Below the pieces are notes generated by a model, which ran no database searches, was not told the DNA's origin, and worked only from the letters and a program-made list of their open reading frames with translations. The translations under genes and the position numbers were made by a program. From Laetmonice hystrix (taxonomy: Eukaryota), in NCBI GenBank assembly GCA_965235115.1, contig OZ249441.1, positions 6,386,001 through 6,450,000 of the forward strand: a stretch of 64,000 nt of DNA. The letters run 5' to 3'. This document shows, piece by piece, positions 13,116-26,209 of the stretch; position 1 is the stretch's first letter; each line of letters opens with the position of its first letter.

Positions 13116-14303
13116 GGCTCTACCGTCGCTATAAACACCTTCAACTCTTTAACTTCAACTGTCTCTCAATTGTCATTCAATGATACACGACCTGGAGGTT
13201 TGAGAGAAAGGGCATTGAGATCACTACCAACTGTGTTAGTTCTGGGAGGAAATGACAGAGAATGGTCTGCGGATGGTACAAGGCAATACGCCATCACTGG
13301 CAGAGAGAAAGGATGAAATAATAGTGACAGACGAAGCAACTGAGAAAACGGAACTATATCTTGGGTTGGAAGGATACGGAACGGTTTGCTACTAGTTCTG
13401 TACATAACATGAATCAGTGCTGTAGGCCTGTATTCATACACCGGGATGCCTTTGGTATAGAGGTCCTTTCTCGGCGTTGGAAATATCGTCTTGGCCGAGT
13501 GATTCCGGGTGGTCCTCTTGTCGTTTTCCTGCCTTACCATGGCTGATGTTATGGACATCACAATGACAAGGTCACCACAGTGGTGTCTTTCTGCATGGTC
13601 TAAATGGTTCAGATTCCTGTGGTCAAGGTTTCCTTGGTTTTATCGATGTTTTACCCTGATTTGACACACCCACTAAACCAGGGTAACTTTGGGTACTTTC
13701 CCTCACCACTTTATCTTTGACAAGGTACCAGTGAGAGATCAACCGACATCGTCTCTGTCCTAGAAAGTGACAACCGTACCAAAGGTTCAGTAAACAGGAT
13801 CTCTTCCCTCCGCCACCTATTTATCGTTTTCAGTTTATAAATTGCCAATAAATCTGGGTGATAATGAGCGCCGCCTGACCAGCGCCATTACCGGCAGTAG
13901 ATCCTGGCCCTCCACCCGACCCCTGGGGGCGATTGTTGACCACAGACCCGGGCCAAGCGTTCAGAATGTTGAGCACTCCGTGTACCTGTCGTACCTGTCT
14001 TGGGTTCCTACTTCTGTCCGCTCCACGTCCATGTAGGTGTCATGTTTCCCTGAGAACGCTGGAGGCTGTCAGATGTTGCTAAGAAACCTTTAATCTATAG
14101 AGGCGTATATCACTAACTTATTACTACAGTTCTGACACAAACTGACCAAAGTGTTTCTCCCAGGAGATTTAGGGCAGAACCAATGGTCACATTTTTCTTC
14201 ACACCTGCACACCTTGAAACCACATCATATTGAGTTGTAGATTATATTACCATACATTGACTAGAGATACCCATATCGTAATTACTAATTAGATCCTACA
14301 TAC

Positions 14304-14355
14304 CTGGTTGATAAGCTACATCTATTATATCTTAGAACTCCGTGCCGTAACTTAC
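14304..14355 (-). other. 52-nt exon candidate that begins with GTAAGT (recursive-splice-site architecture)
   Basis: TTTTGTATTTCCAG|GTAAGT at 14356/14355 and CAG|GTATGT at 14304/14303. Confidence 0.4.
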
Positions 14356-16004
14356 CTGGAAATACAAAATACATATATATATTAAGACTCGGACGTAAGG
14401 CAGTTTCGTGAACAGGAAAAGATATAAGTAAATTATATACCTCCTTACTTTGAAATGTTACCTGAGCCTTTAGCTAAGGGTAGGGTGGGGAGGGGTGGGT
14501 TGGAACACCTGTGGAGCCGTATCTGTAGCAGAGGTCATCCCAGGTCAGTATCTTCATTACAAACGCCCATTTTAACCCCCTACTCTAACTTGCTAATTAG
14601 CTCCAATCTGTAGATCATTAACCCTGTTAGTGTCAACAAGTTTACGCCCCCCTCCCAACCCACACACGCACTAACGGATCACATGTAGTGTAGTCACTTC
14701 ACTACCCCACCGTATACTGGTATTGTCTCAGACTATTCATCATAAGGAAAACTTTCAAAACGTATCTCATCCTTACCGATGCTTTTAATGGGCAGACACT
14801 GAGGAGTTTTTGCCGAAACTAAAGTCCTAAAGGTTACATAAGTAGTATGTGTGAATTCAGATGCGAAGTCTTCGGATCAGATTTAACTTTGCTGTGACAT
14901 GTTTCCGGTGTAATTATTTGTCACACTGTGTTTTTAACCGTTTCTAAAACCAGCCTTTTTTTAAAAACCGTTTCTAAAACCAGCCTTTTTTTGGTTTCGT
15001 GCAGTAAACTCAAGTCATCTGTTAATTCCCATACACCAGAGTACTCATTTGACCAAAGCCTCACAATAAGCCCTAAATTATATTAACTGGTATAACAGAA
15101 CAAAACTGCACCTTGCGTAAATAATCAAATGACCACTAGGTGGGCGTCCTGAACGGATTCTGGAAACTACAGTGTCCAAGGTATTTTTTAAAATCATTTA
15201 TTTATCCTGTTACATCTTCTAAGCTTGTAGTTTTTCAAAATGAGCAGCAACATTGATTTCCATAGATACAAACTTATGCCTAACAACATACATGTATACA
15301 TACCTAAGGAAGATTAAAGTACCGGCAAAACGTGTACATCCGTGGTCTTTACCTGCTGACAGGTACTACACTATTAAGTGTGTTTCCCCCTGATTAAAGA
15401 TACTGCCGGGTCCACTATCTCACATCTGAGGGTCCGATATCCTCAGTGTGGATAAGTCCCCAAGTAATTGAATCACCATGTTAAATCATTATAATGTAGG
15501 TTTAAGGCAGCAAGCCCAGTAATCTCACTCTGTCTGCCAAACTATTCGGGATCTGTATTTCCTGAAGGGCCCACATACCCTTCAAACTCGTAGGCCTACA
15601 GCAAATTCCTTTTGATTTGCGCTGGTCCAAATCATTAAGATTCTTTTTTTTTTCAAAAAGTTCTGAACTCAACTTAGCATCGAAAAACATATGAAAATAC
15701 TTTGTTGAAGTTTGATTGTTTCAAGCAAGATTACGTTTCCTTTCCGCCGGCCCTAGCAGAACATCCTAGCAACATGGCTTGACAAAAGGACGGTCCCTGG
15801 TGAAATGTACTTGGGTTATTTCCTCGTTAAAAACAGGTCCTGACCGACCGAAAGAATGCATCTACAATGAGGCTGGTCACTTCAAAGGTTCCGAGTCGGG
15901 TACCGTTGGAAGTCGACCCTGGAACCGGTCCGGGAGTCTCTTCGATTGGGAACCCGCTGGGTCAACCCGGGGGATTGTCGGCCCCAGCATCTCTTAGAAC
16001 CTGT

Positions 16005-16315
16005 CCCTAACCCTAACCCTGGTTCTCAGACCCTGCCCATAACCCTAACCCTGGTTCTCAGACACTGCCCCTAGCCCTGGTTCCTAGACCCTGCCCCTAA
16101 CCCTAACCCTGGTTCTCAGACCTTGCCCTAACCTTAACTTTGGTTCCTAGACCCTGCCCCTAACCCTGGTTCCTAGACCCTGCCCCTAACCCTAACTTTG
16201 GTTCCTAGACCCTTCCCCTAACCCTGGTTCCTAGACCCTGCCCCTAACCCTGGTTCTCAGACCCTGCCTTAACCCTAACTTTGGTTCCTAGACCCTGCCC
16301 CTGCCCCTAACCCAT
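16005..16315. repeat. 26-32-bp minisatellite with (CCCTAA) telomere-like core
   Basis: GACCCTGCCCCTAACCCT(AACCCT)GGTTC repeated about 10 times. Confidence 0.9.
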
Positions 16316-16583
16316 GTTACAACCGTTTAAACCTGCACCAGGCGGTGCGCAACCAACCACACCTTCTACATAATAAATCTTGGCGAGGATACAAGGATTA
16401 TATCTCCCATCTGCTCAACCTGGAACAACGTGAACGGAACATTAGTGTGATTGCCTTCAGTTATCTCTGTGAGCCCTGTCACTTTCAAGGCTTTCCTCTT
16501 AGCTTAAAGGTTTGTGTCAATTATCCCAGGCAAGCATTAGAACAAATGGCGTCTACATAATTATGACTGTCGGTGGAGAAAGC

Positions 16584-17592
16584 GGTAGCCTGAAAAAAGG
16601 GCACCGGAAAAAAAGGCACAGGAAAAAATGGCACCGGAAAAAATGGCACCTGGAAAAATTGGCACAGGAAAAAAGGGCACAAAGTGCAGACTAGGAAAAA
16701 ATGGCACACATAAATAAAAATAAACTATATTTCAAATAAAATCTCTAAATCTGTCGGTATAATTTATAAAGTTCGAAAGGTACTTAATAAAAAGCCCTTC
16801 TTGGATTATATTATTCATTTGTTTATCCCTATCTTATGTATTGTAATATAGTATGTCTTGCTGGTCTGCCCTTCCACACAGTGTGAATACCACACCAGCA
16901 AGACATTTTGACTTTGTATTTGTATTGTCGTTGTATTGTCGTTGTATTGTAGTAGTTTTGCTCTGGTGTGGAACCACCATTAGTCTATTGTAATATAGGT
17001 ATAACTGTTAACTTGGGCTGCAGGGGTGGGTGATCACACTCTCTGATGGAAGTCCTATCACAGCCATGGCCAGCCATATTCTTGAGGGCAAGAAGGACAT
17101 CACTTTCTGATGGAAGTCCCATCACAGCCATGGCCAGCCATATTCTTGAGGGCAAGAAGGACATCACTTTCTGATGGAAGTCCCATCACAGCCATGGCCA
17201 GCCATATTCTTGAGGGCAAGAAGGACATCACACTCACATTTTTTGTTATATACCTAGGTTTACAGTAAATGGCTGTGCAAAACCTGCCCCCCTCACCCCA
17301 GATTGGCGTTGAAGGCACTCAAATGAACTGCATCTTCGTAAGACCTCCAACACCAAAGTTATCAAAGTAACATGGACATGTATACCTTTATTAAAAAAAA
17401 CGAATGTTCTTTCTATTAAGATACAAAATATTGATACCTGGCGCTGCATATGACCTTAAATTTAACTTGTGCCATTTTTTCCTATCATGTACTTTGTGCC
17501 TTTTTTTCCGGTGCCATTTTTTCCTTGTGCCATTTTACCCGGTGCCATTTTTTCCTGTGCCTTTTTTTCCTGTGCCTTTTTTTCCTACACCC
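16584..17592. mobile_element. Mutator-like (MULE)/foldback non-autonomous element, 1009 bp
   Basis: 9-bp TSD GGAGAAAGC at 16575-16583 and 17593-17601; inverted terminal arrays of GGAAAAAA(A/T)GGCAC subrepeats. Confidence 0.8.
17037..17232. repeat. 64-bp unit x3 inside the MULE-like element
   Basis: CACTTTCTGATGGAAGTCCCATCACAGCCATGG..AAGGACAT at 17037, 17101 and 17165. Confidence 0.93.
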
Positions 17593-18714
17593 GGAGAAAG
17601 CATGCTTTGTTTTTCAGCAGTGATACGTATTCAAAGATTGAATACCATAACAATACCTCTGGGGGCATTTAAATATTTATTATCTTAATTCCATTGCAGC
17701 GATAAAAACCGGTAAGGTCAATTCTGTTTCAACTCTGTTTCCTGTTTATTTAACTTGTCGGTTCATTTTCCATACCTTTTCATGATCTGTGAGAGGTTAA
17801 GATACATTGAATAACCGTTGGTCACAGCCTGGGGCATTTAATATATTGGTATCTGAATAAACTTCCTGTCAATAAATTCTCAAAATTACAGTGAAGTCTT
17901 ACAAATAGCGTTTAACTCTCAGTCACTGACCAGCAGCTTCGGATTGGTTAATTATGCGTCATAAAACACGGCTGTCTAAAAGGGCCGACATTTTATCCAC
18001 ACAACCTTTGTCACCTTGTCCTTCCACCTTGTATACTACGGCGGCGATCTGTGACCTCCAAACAACCAACCAGCCTGCGCCACCAAACCCACATTTCCTG
18101 CACTAAACCCAAGGATTTTAATGGGTACCCACAATGATTTCAATGGGTGAGCGGGCCTTATATTTAAGGGACAACCGGTTCTGTCTTCACATGCAGAGCA
18201 CGGATGGCCCCCCAGCAAGGCATGCACAAGACTGTGTCAGGTGGTAAGGCTGGCTCCTTGGGTTGACCTTGGATTGACCTTGGGCGGGCTGGACACTGGT
18301 CAGCTGCCACGGGTGGATGATAGCTGGGGACCGGGTGGTCCGCCGGTATATGTGAAATTGAAGGTTATGGGCACTCAGGTGATCAGACGTCCATTGGACG
18401 AATTGACAACTGAAATCACTGCTTGTATGCTTTGTTAGCTTCCATCTTTATCATATCCTGAATACAAACAGAAAGTATTAATACACTTCTCCTGATGGCA
18501 ACACTGAGTTAACCAAGGTTCTGTTAGAAATCACAACTGAACGTAGAGAACCCCTTATCGCATTTATGATCTGACCCCCATCCCTCCGGTGGGCTGCCAG
18601 TGATCAGACGGGGGACCGTTACCATAACCTCCATAACAATACTTAGGGGCCGCTTAACTGGAACCCTATTGGTCGCCAATGGCTTCGCGGTTTTATGGTT
18701 GCTTTTTTCCATGA

Positions 18715-19084
18715 GGCCTGCTCATGGTGAGCAAGCTGGCGAAAAAAAACCCAAAAACAAAACGGTGAGCAAAACGGTGAGCATGAGCTTCTGGGGCCGG
18801 TTTTTTGGTTTACTTTTCCACCGTGAGCAAGGCTGAGCTGAGCTAAGCAAGGGTGAGCAGAAGCTCATGCTCACCGTTTTGCTCACTGTTTTCGCTTTTT
18901 GGGGTGTTTTTCCGTGAGCTTGCTCACCATGAGCACGCCTTATGGAAAAAAAACCCCCAAAAAACCCAAAACGGTGAGAATGAGCTCATGCTCACCCTTG
19001 CTCACGGTGGAAAAGTAAATAAAAAAACCGGGCCCTGCCCACCCTTGCTCACGGTGGAAAAGTAAACCAAAAAACCGGGCCCAG
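18715..19084. mobile_element. Foldback Harbinger-like MITE with duplicated terminus and internal inverted repeats
   Basis: TIR GG(G/C)CCGGTTTTTTGGTTTACTTTTCCACCGTGAGCAAGG near 18794; matching right ends at about 19034 (CTG flank matches the left) and 19081 (CAG flank). Confidence 0.65.
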
Positions 19085-19170
19085 GTGTCACCTCACACCA
19101 TTACCAGCCTGGATGTAGGATGTAGGATCCTTTATGGCTACATTGTGATTAATTGAATGAAGGCAGACAT

Positions 19171-19289
19171 GGGCAGTTTTTCACAAATTCTCAACTTGAG
19201 TAAAGCTTGCTTTAGTTAACTAATCGGTTTCTGATTGGCTGGTCTGCTTATGCCAGCCAATGAGAAGCTGCAAGCTGCAAAACTGGGCC
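19171..19289. mobile_element. Degenerate MITE related to 37209-37348
   Basis: Shares AATTCTCAACTTGAGTAAAGCT and TTCTGATTGG; right end AAACTGGGCC. Confidence 0.55.
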
Positions 19290-19400
19290 GCAATGATTCT
19301 TTCCTTATGAATATATAGTCAACAATGCATGAAACAACTCTAAATCCTTCACGACTTCTTTTGCCCAGAAGCGAGAGAACTTTTTCTGTCATAAATGAAG

Positions 19401-19560
19401 ACACCTCAAGGAGGAGATTTTGGTTCACATTTCACCTGCTTGGAGGTCCGTAACTAACACAAGCTCGTGCTGGGTGTGTCAAACCTTGGGGAACAATAGA
19501 TCTATCATTCCTCCAAGATCTAACTCTCTATCTAAACCCTGTGATGACCTTGGGTGGACC
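19401..19560 (+). CDS. Putative exon of a plus-strand membrane-protein gene (HLKEEILVHISPAW...PCDDLGWT)
   Basis: Open frame ending at ACC|GTGAGT, phase 0, compatible with the exon at 20402; acceptor position uncertain. Confidence 0.3.
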
Positions 19561-19967
19561 GTGAGTGGAGCTAATCCCAGCTACCCGCTGGGCGACCATG
19601 GACACCGTCTGTTTGTAGTCCGATGATGTCAGGTAGTTAGACCGTCCGGAATCCCCGACCTCGTGATTTAAAAACTATGTACCACCAGTCCCAGCAATAA
19701 AGTCCTGCATTACAGCCATCAGGTGGTCTATAATTGTTGAAATGGGGCGGTTTTTGTTTTTACAGAACCAGACTGAAATAGTCTGGGACCGAGCCGAGAG
19801 AAACTCTGTGACCGGAGGCAATATAACACCTGGTGGATGGAGACAGAACCTGCAGGCAATTAAAATATTAAGCACTCGCTGACCTTCCGAAAACTACAGT
19901 GGTGGGGAAAAGGGTAGAAACAGGGTGTATGAGGGATAGGGCAGGTTGTATGATGGTGCAAAGGGTA

Positions 19968-20166
19968 TGATCCATTAATGCGATTTCCCTTGCGACGGCC
20001 GTGTGGTTTTTGATTTAATGGTGGAATTTCACTCTGAAATTTTTCCTGGCTGGCCTTCCCTGTTTAAGGAAATGGGTCTCATCCTTTAATCTCAAAATCA
20101 CAGTAAAATAAAAGGGGGGTGTCAAAATAGCATGGACGTCGCACGGAAAATCGCCTTAGTGGATCA
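19968..20166. mobile_element. MITE with about 33-bp imperfect TIRs
   Basis: TGATCCATTAATGCGATTTCCCTTGCGACGGCC pairs with GGACGTCGCACGGAAAATCGCCTTAGTGGATCA; no clear TSD. Confidence 0.55.
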
Positions 20167-20401
20167 GGCTAGGTGCTAAAAGAAATAGCAGTTATATGAG
20201 CCATAGCTGGGGATGGTGCATGATGTACACCTGAGGTGTGAGACGTATGGAATGGTCCCCAAACTGAACTCATTCTTCCTCAGAAAGGTCCCCAACATGT
20301 CCGCTCCAGTTCCTGGGGTCAGGGTTCAGCAGTGACCTCTAGGTTGGAGGTGAAGGTCATGTGTCAGTACGGAGGTCAGGCCAGATGCTTGTCCCGTGCA
20401 G

Positions 20402-20494
20402 CAGGTGATGGTAATCTTCATCCTGGCCACCGTTACCTACGGGATCACCATGGCGACAATCTTCTACCGTGAACATCATGTAATGTCCCTGTGA
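20402..20494 (+). CDS. Putative terminal exon encoding a hydrophobic helix and short tail (QVMVIFILATVTYGITMATIFYREHHVMSL*)
   Basis: TTGTCCCGTGCAG| acceptor, GC3-rich codons, TM-like peptide. The antisense frame is also open, so the strand is not certain. Confidence 0.35.
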   Translation, partial: QVMVIFILATVTYGITMATIFYREHHVMSL

Positions 20495-22844
20495 TGACCT
20501 CCAGGCGTGCCCCGGTCGGGTTCATCGCTACATGCTGCCATGTAACAGGCATGCCGATTGGTCCATGCCGGTGCCAGGTGTTGTACCATGTGTTACCATT
20601 GGTGGGCCGCCGGAGAATGGTCTACACGATTTCCTGCCGTGTTATCGGGTGATAATTGCCGGGCCCGCCCGCCTACAACTCCTCATCATGCTAGTTTTAC
20701 CAGTAGATTATTGAACTAATCAACCATTTGACATGAAGACGTCGGCTGTCACTGACACAATAGTTAACCTTCACATGAACATCGTACAGATCGCCAAGGT
20801 CACCTCAGGGTGAGCGGACAAAATGTCGGAGATTAGCATTGCGTTTTTACGACTTCAGCCATTACGATCCTGTATGGACCCGATCCTGTATGGACCCTAA
20901 GAAATACAAGGCAATGACGATTAACAATTCGGCCTTATTAATTGCAGTTTGCAATTTTTACTCATTGTTCCCTTTCAGTCCTATAGAGCCTAAATCATGG
21001 GTTTCGTATCCTACATGACATGTGTTTGGTAGACTTGTACGTCTGCATCCACATGTCTTCATACACCCAACCTGACACAACCATCACCCAGAGCACCGCC
21101 ATCTCCCCTCCCCTCTCTCCATATCTCACCTTACTGACTGATCTGTCTCCAGGCGATGTTATTATTGACGTCCTCTGATTATTGTTACCTTGACAACACG
21201 ATTGTGCTCTCAGCGTTCTGATCCACGTCTCTTGTCTTTGTCTGCGAGCCGTGGATTGTTCCACAGATCCCGGACGTGAGACACCTTTTTCTCTGCTGTG
21301 AATCTAACGACCAATTCCACCCTCGGGCTCTCATTGTTAGTAACAGGCAGAACATCTTGGATGAAAGCCCGAATCGGGGAGATTTCTCCTCCAGCCTGGA
21401 GTAATGTGAGGTTTGTTTTGTCACAGGGCGGGCACCATCTAACTGGTGAATCTGTTAGATCTAATCTCTGCTGGTACACCAGAATGAGGGCTTGAAGCTA
21501 TCACAAACTCGATGCCAAGTGTTGTTTTTTTGTTTTCTGCTTGCACTGCGAGCCTATATCGAAACATCAAAAACACAATGTCATTCCTGATTCGTGCAAG
21601 TCTGCGTTCTGCGACTTAAATCGTCAGTCCTCTACTTCACATCGAAGAAAACGTTCTGTATGATCATGTCTTGTTAGAGACACCTGGGGTAATTACTTCC
21701 AATGTCTACTGCTGAAATTGAACGACAGACCTAAAATGATTTTAACCCGCCTTTTTACGGCTTGTCGGCATTTGCAGCCGTCTTCAGTATCTTCGTTCTC
21801 CAAACCCCGACCTAACACAAAGTCTTTGCTATCATTTTAAAATGAAAACCTTTGAAAGCAACCTTTACTTGCTGTATGGGTGTTACCCTGTACTAAAGGT
21901 AACGAACTGAGAGGTTATAGAAACACAGAGCATGGAGAGGGCACTTCCAAATGTTCTGAAATTACGGATAAGATTGGTGCGTTCAATGAAAAAGGACAAT
22001 ACAAATACAGACAATTGGGCGCAACAGACCTGGCTCATCTTTGCCAGTGACAGGACAGATCCCCTGCCCTCTATCATCACACAAACTGAATTAACGAATG
22101 ATCAAATGAGCGAGCGTTATTTCCTTGGTCCAGGGAACATGGTCCAGGGAACATGGTCCAGGGGACATGGTCCAGCTATAACTAATGCCCGAGACATCGG
22201 TCTACTTGTATTATATAGTCCTGCTTTTATTATACAAGTTTGCCCCTGTTCCAATACGCTGTAACTAAACCATCGAGTCATCTTAGTATATTTATGTGTG
22301 TGTAGTTAAAATGATGACACGTACAGAACAGTATAGGCAGTCTATAACCCTGAGGACACGCGTAGGCCTATATCTAGAATAGTAGTACCAACTCGTTGAA
22401 CACAATCTTTTTTCCTGATTGTCTGTTTGTCAGTCTGTTTTTGTTTGTTCGTTTGACTGCCATTCAGTTGTTATTTTTGGTTCGTGCACAAGGCGAATCA
22501 ACTATAAGAATGATGTGGGTTATTTTCCAGTGACCTGTTTGCCTGGTAACTAGCGCCCTCCTGTCCCTAACAACCGCCTCGTACCCTGCTCGGCCGTGGG
22601 ACCACCAGACAGCCTCTAATCACACTAATTACATACCCCCACTCCCGTGTTTGGGGGACTGGCGCTCTATATAAATATCCTCAGCAGGGGGTAGCCTACT
22701 TGATTGTTTCAATGTGATTTATGACCCTAATACTCCTCGTATATTCATATTCATTATTGAGAAAATAACTGATGATGTAAAGCTTGGACAGCTTTTGGTC
22801 TGTTCCAATTCATGAACTGATTTCTCTAAAGGCACTCACGCCGT

Positions 22845-24020
22845 CACTCCGTCACCAGTTCATCATGATCATACAGTGCTACGACTCGATGTCACATTAC
22901 GTGATCAGCGTCCCACTCCGTCACCAGTCAGTGCTACGTCACAATGTCACCAACTCGATGTCACTTTACGTGATCAGCGTCCCACGTCTCACTCCGTCAC
23001 TCCGTCACCAGTCAGTGCTACGTCACAATGTCACCAACTCGATGTCACATTACGTGATCAGCGTCTCACCCCGTCACTCCGTCACCAGTCAGTGCTACGT
23101 CACAATGTCACCAACTCGATGTAACTTTACGTGATCAGCGTCTCACCCCGTCACTCCGTCACCAATCAGTGCTACGTCAAAATTTCACCAACTCGATGTC
23201 ACTTTACGTGATTATAGCGTCTCACTCCGTCACCAGTCAGTGCTACGTCACAATGTCACCAACTCGATGTCACTTTACGTGATCAGCGTCCCACGTCTCA
23301 CTCCGTCAGCAGTCAGTGTTACGTCACAATGTCACCAACTCGATGTCACTTTACGTGATCAGCGTCCCACGTCTCACTCCGTCACCAGTCAATGCTAGGT
23401 CACAATGTCACAAACTCGATGTCACTTTACGTGATCAGCGTCTCACTCCGTCACCAGTCAGTGCTACGTCACAATGTCACCAACTCGATGTCACATTACG
23501 TGATCAGCGTCTCACTCCGTCACCAGTCAGGCGACGTCGCAATGTGCTACGTCACAATGTCACAAACTCGATGTCACTTTACGTGATCAGCGTCTCACTC
23601 CGTTACCAGTCAGTGCTACGTCACAATGTCACCAACTCGATGTCACATTACGTGATCAGCGTCTCACTCCGTCACCAGTCAGGCGACGTCACAATGTGCT
23701 ACGTCACAATGTCACAAACTCGATGTCACTTTACGTGATCAGCGTCTCACTCCGTTACCAGTCAGTGCTACGTCACAATGTCACCAACTCGATGTCACAT
23801 TACGTGATCAGCGTCTCACTCCGTCACCAATCAGTGCTACGTCACAATGTCACAAACTCGGTGTCACTTTACGTGACCAACGTCTCTCTCCGCCACTCCG
23901 CCACCAGTCAGGCGACGTCACAATGTCACCAACTCAATGTCACTTTACGTGACCAACGTGTCACTCCGCCACCGGTCAGTGCTACGTCACAATGTCACCA
24001 ACTCAATGTCACTTTACGTC
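22845..24020. repeat. About 69-bp CpG-rich minisatellite, about 16 copies with length variants
   Basis: CAGTCAGTGCTACGTCACAATGTCACCAACTCGATGTCAC(A/T)TTACGTGATCAGCGTCTCACTCCGTCAC. Confidence 0.96.
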
Positions 24021-25664
24021 ATCCTCCCCCTCCCCCTCTCTGTCAGAAAAGCAGTACCTTCTGGGACCATACCAGACATTATAGGTGACTTCAAATAGAG
24101 CAGTGGTGGGTCAGTGTATGGGCGGGCGTCGATCAGACCCATCGGACGGAGCGGTCACATCAGTCGACCTGAAACCTCCAGGGTTCAAACGTCATGGGTC
24201 AACTCATGTCCAGTCCAAACTGCCTACGGTTTCTCCGTGAAAACCTACACACAGCAGCAATATTTCATGGACAGTTAGTCATCACTTAGACGAGTTACAG
24301 GGCGCAGAGAGCCCATGTGGACAGGACGACAACAGTCTGACATACATTATTACCTGGACATTCCTGGGGGTAACTGACCCAGTCTATTGTAATTGTTGTC
24401 TGTTAGGTTCACTGACCGGGCTCATATGTTACAATAGTTGATAACAATGGATGTAATGTGTGACGAATCATTCCACAAATTTTACCTTGGTGATGTTCAG
24501 GAGTGTGCCCGGCGCGTGGCCATGTTAGTCCCATATTTATAAATTCTATTTCTCCATGTCTAAACCAATATTAGACTGAATTAAAGCCACGATAAAGCTG
24601 TGATACGAACTGAGTGGAGTCAGGAAAGCTGGTGGGTGAGCCCCTGACTCTGAATCTGTGTGAGATTGACCTCCAAAAGGTCCATTAGTCCAAGGTCACT
24701 TCTGGACGTCTATCTCACACTGTAGGATCCAATACCCGCTGACAAGGAGCTCTTGAATTACCATTTCATAACAAAGTTTTCTCGTTGATGAGAGCATTAA
24801 TCTCTATATAAATATTACTTTTCAGTGATCAAAGTTTCGAATGCACAAACACCGAATTACCCTTTGCCTTGCTCCAGACCCATCCACAACCACTACTTGT
24901 GTACAAATGACGAACTGTCCGTGAAAGACATTCACAATAAGGTCCCATGATCACAAAAAATGGCTTTACCAGAGATGGTGTACCTAGGAAGGAAGATAGA
25001 TCTCTAGCTTTACTCAGTTTTACTATATATATATTGTCCTCTCATCTCCACCAGGTGGCGCGGAGAGGTGAGACGTGACTGCCCACAGTACTCTGACCTC
25101 TCACTGTGAGTGACCGACACAGTGGAGGGGGGGGGGGACTGCTGTCACCGGTCCCCACCCATCTTACTGCCACATTCCCCTCCCATTCATCACTCTGACC
25201 TAATTATGATGATGACGACTCGCCACTAAATACTGGGCAATGATCTCTGACATGTAGCGGTATTTTAGTGTCTCATGCTCTCACACACGGTACTCCAGCA
25301 TCATAGCCAGGACTACAGCCAGACTTCTCAGTGTGAACCTGGCCTCGATGGCTGGAAGTGCAGTCTGATCCCAGTCCTTTGATCTAAGGCATGTCCCTTG
25401 TCTTCAACTGGCATACTTTGCTAACCCTAAACATGAAATATTTCCATAAACCATTGGAAATGACGGTCAAATGGCAATACTCTGAGGCTATCGCAGACTT
25501 GACATGAGGTGTCGTGACAACACCTCGTGCTAAAGACAATTACACATTGGATGTGCATGGAGGGGGGGGGGGGGGTGTTACGTTACAACACACTCGCCCG
25601 ACTCAAGCGGACTATTCAGCTATTTGCTAACATGCAAACTGCTCACGACCACCAAGGGGGTCAC

Positions 25665-26095
25665 CAGGGCTAGATTGTGGCCTTCCGTGCCCCCAAGGTC
25701 ACCACCAGGGGTAAATTGTGTCCTTACAGCCGTGCCCCCAAGGTCACCACCAGGGGTAGATTGTGGCCTTACAGCCGTGCCCCCAAGGTCACCACCAGGG
25801 GTAGATTGTGTCCTTACAGCCGTGCCGCCAAGGTCACCACCAGGGGTAGATTGTGTCCTTACAGCCGCGCTGCCAAGGTCACCACCAGGGGTAGATTGTA
25901 TCCTTACAGCCGCGTCTCCAAGGTCACCACCAGGGGTAGATTGTGTCCTTATAGCCGCGCCGCCAAGGTCACCACCAGGGGTAGATTGTGGCCTTACGGC
26001 CGTGCCCCCAAGGTCACCACCAGGGGTAGATTGTGGCCTTACAGCCGTGCCCCCAAGGTCACCACCAGGGGTAGATTGTGTCCTTACAGCCCACT
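25665..26095. repeat. 45-bp minisatellite, about 10 copies
   Basis: GTA(G/A)ATTGTG recurs every 45 bp from 25711 to 26071. Confidence 0.96.
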
Positions 26096-26209
26096 CTCCG
26101 GACAGAGATCGTTCACTTCAAGCCCCTCTGCATTATGGGAGATTGCTTACAGCCGTGCCCCAAGGTCACAACCTGGGCTAGATTGTGTCAGGCCACCAGG
26201 GGAATTGGA

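Noticed and set aside
13166-13561. 131-aa ORF as a single coding unit
   Set aside because: Spans several possible acceptor and donor pairs with conflicting frames; no family recognised.
5655-16315. Interstitial telomere or chromosome fusion scar
   Set aside because: CCCTAA occurs only 1-3 times per unit inside longer satellites; there is no pure (TTAGGG)n tract.
16512-17688. ORFs with FFPVP or KKWHR repeats
   Set aside because: Translations of MULE terminal subrepeats.
22784-24088. Several 80-140-aa ORFs
   Set aside because: By-products of the 69-bp satellite; frames switch at length variants.
25665-26095. Array of CTCF sites (CCACCAGGGG)
   Set aside because: The core continues TAG instead of GCR, missing key positions.
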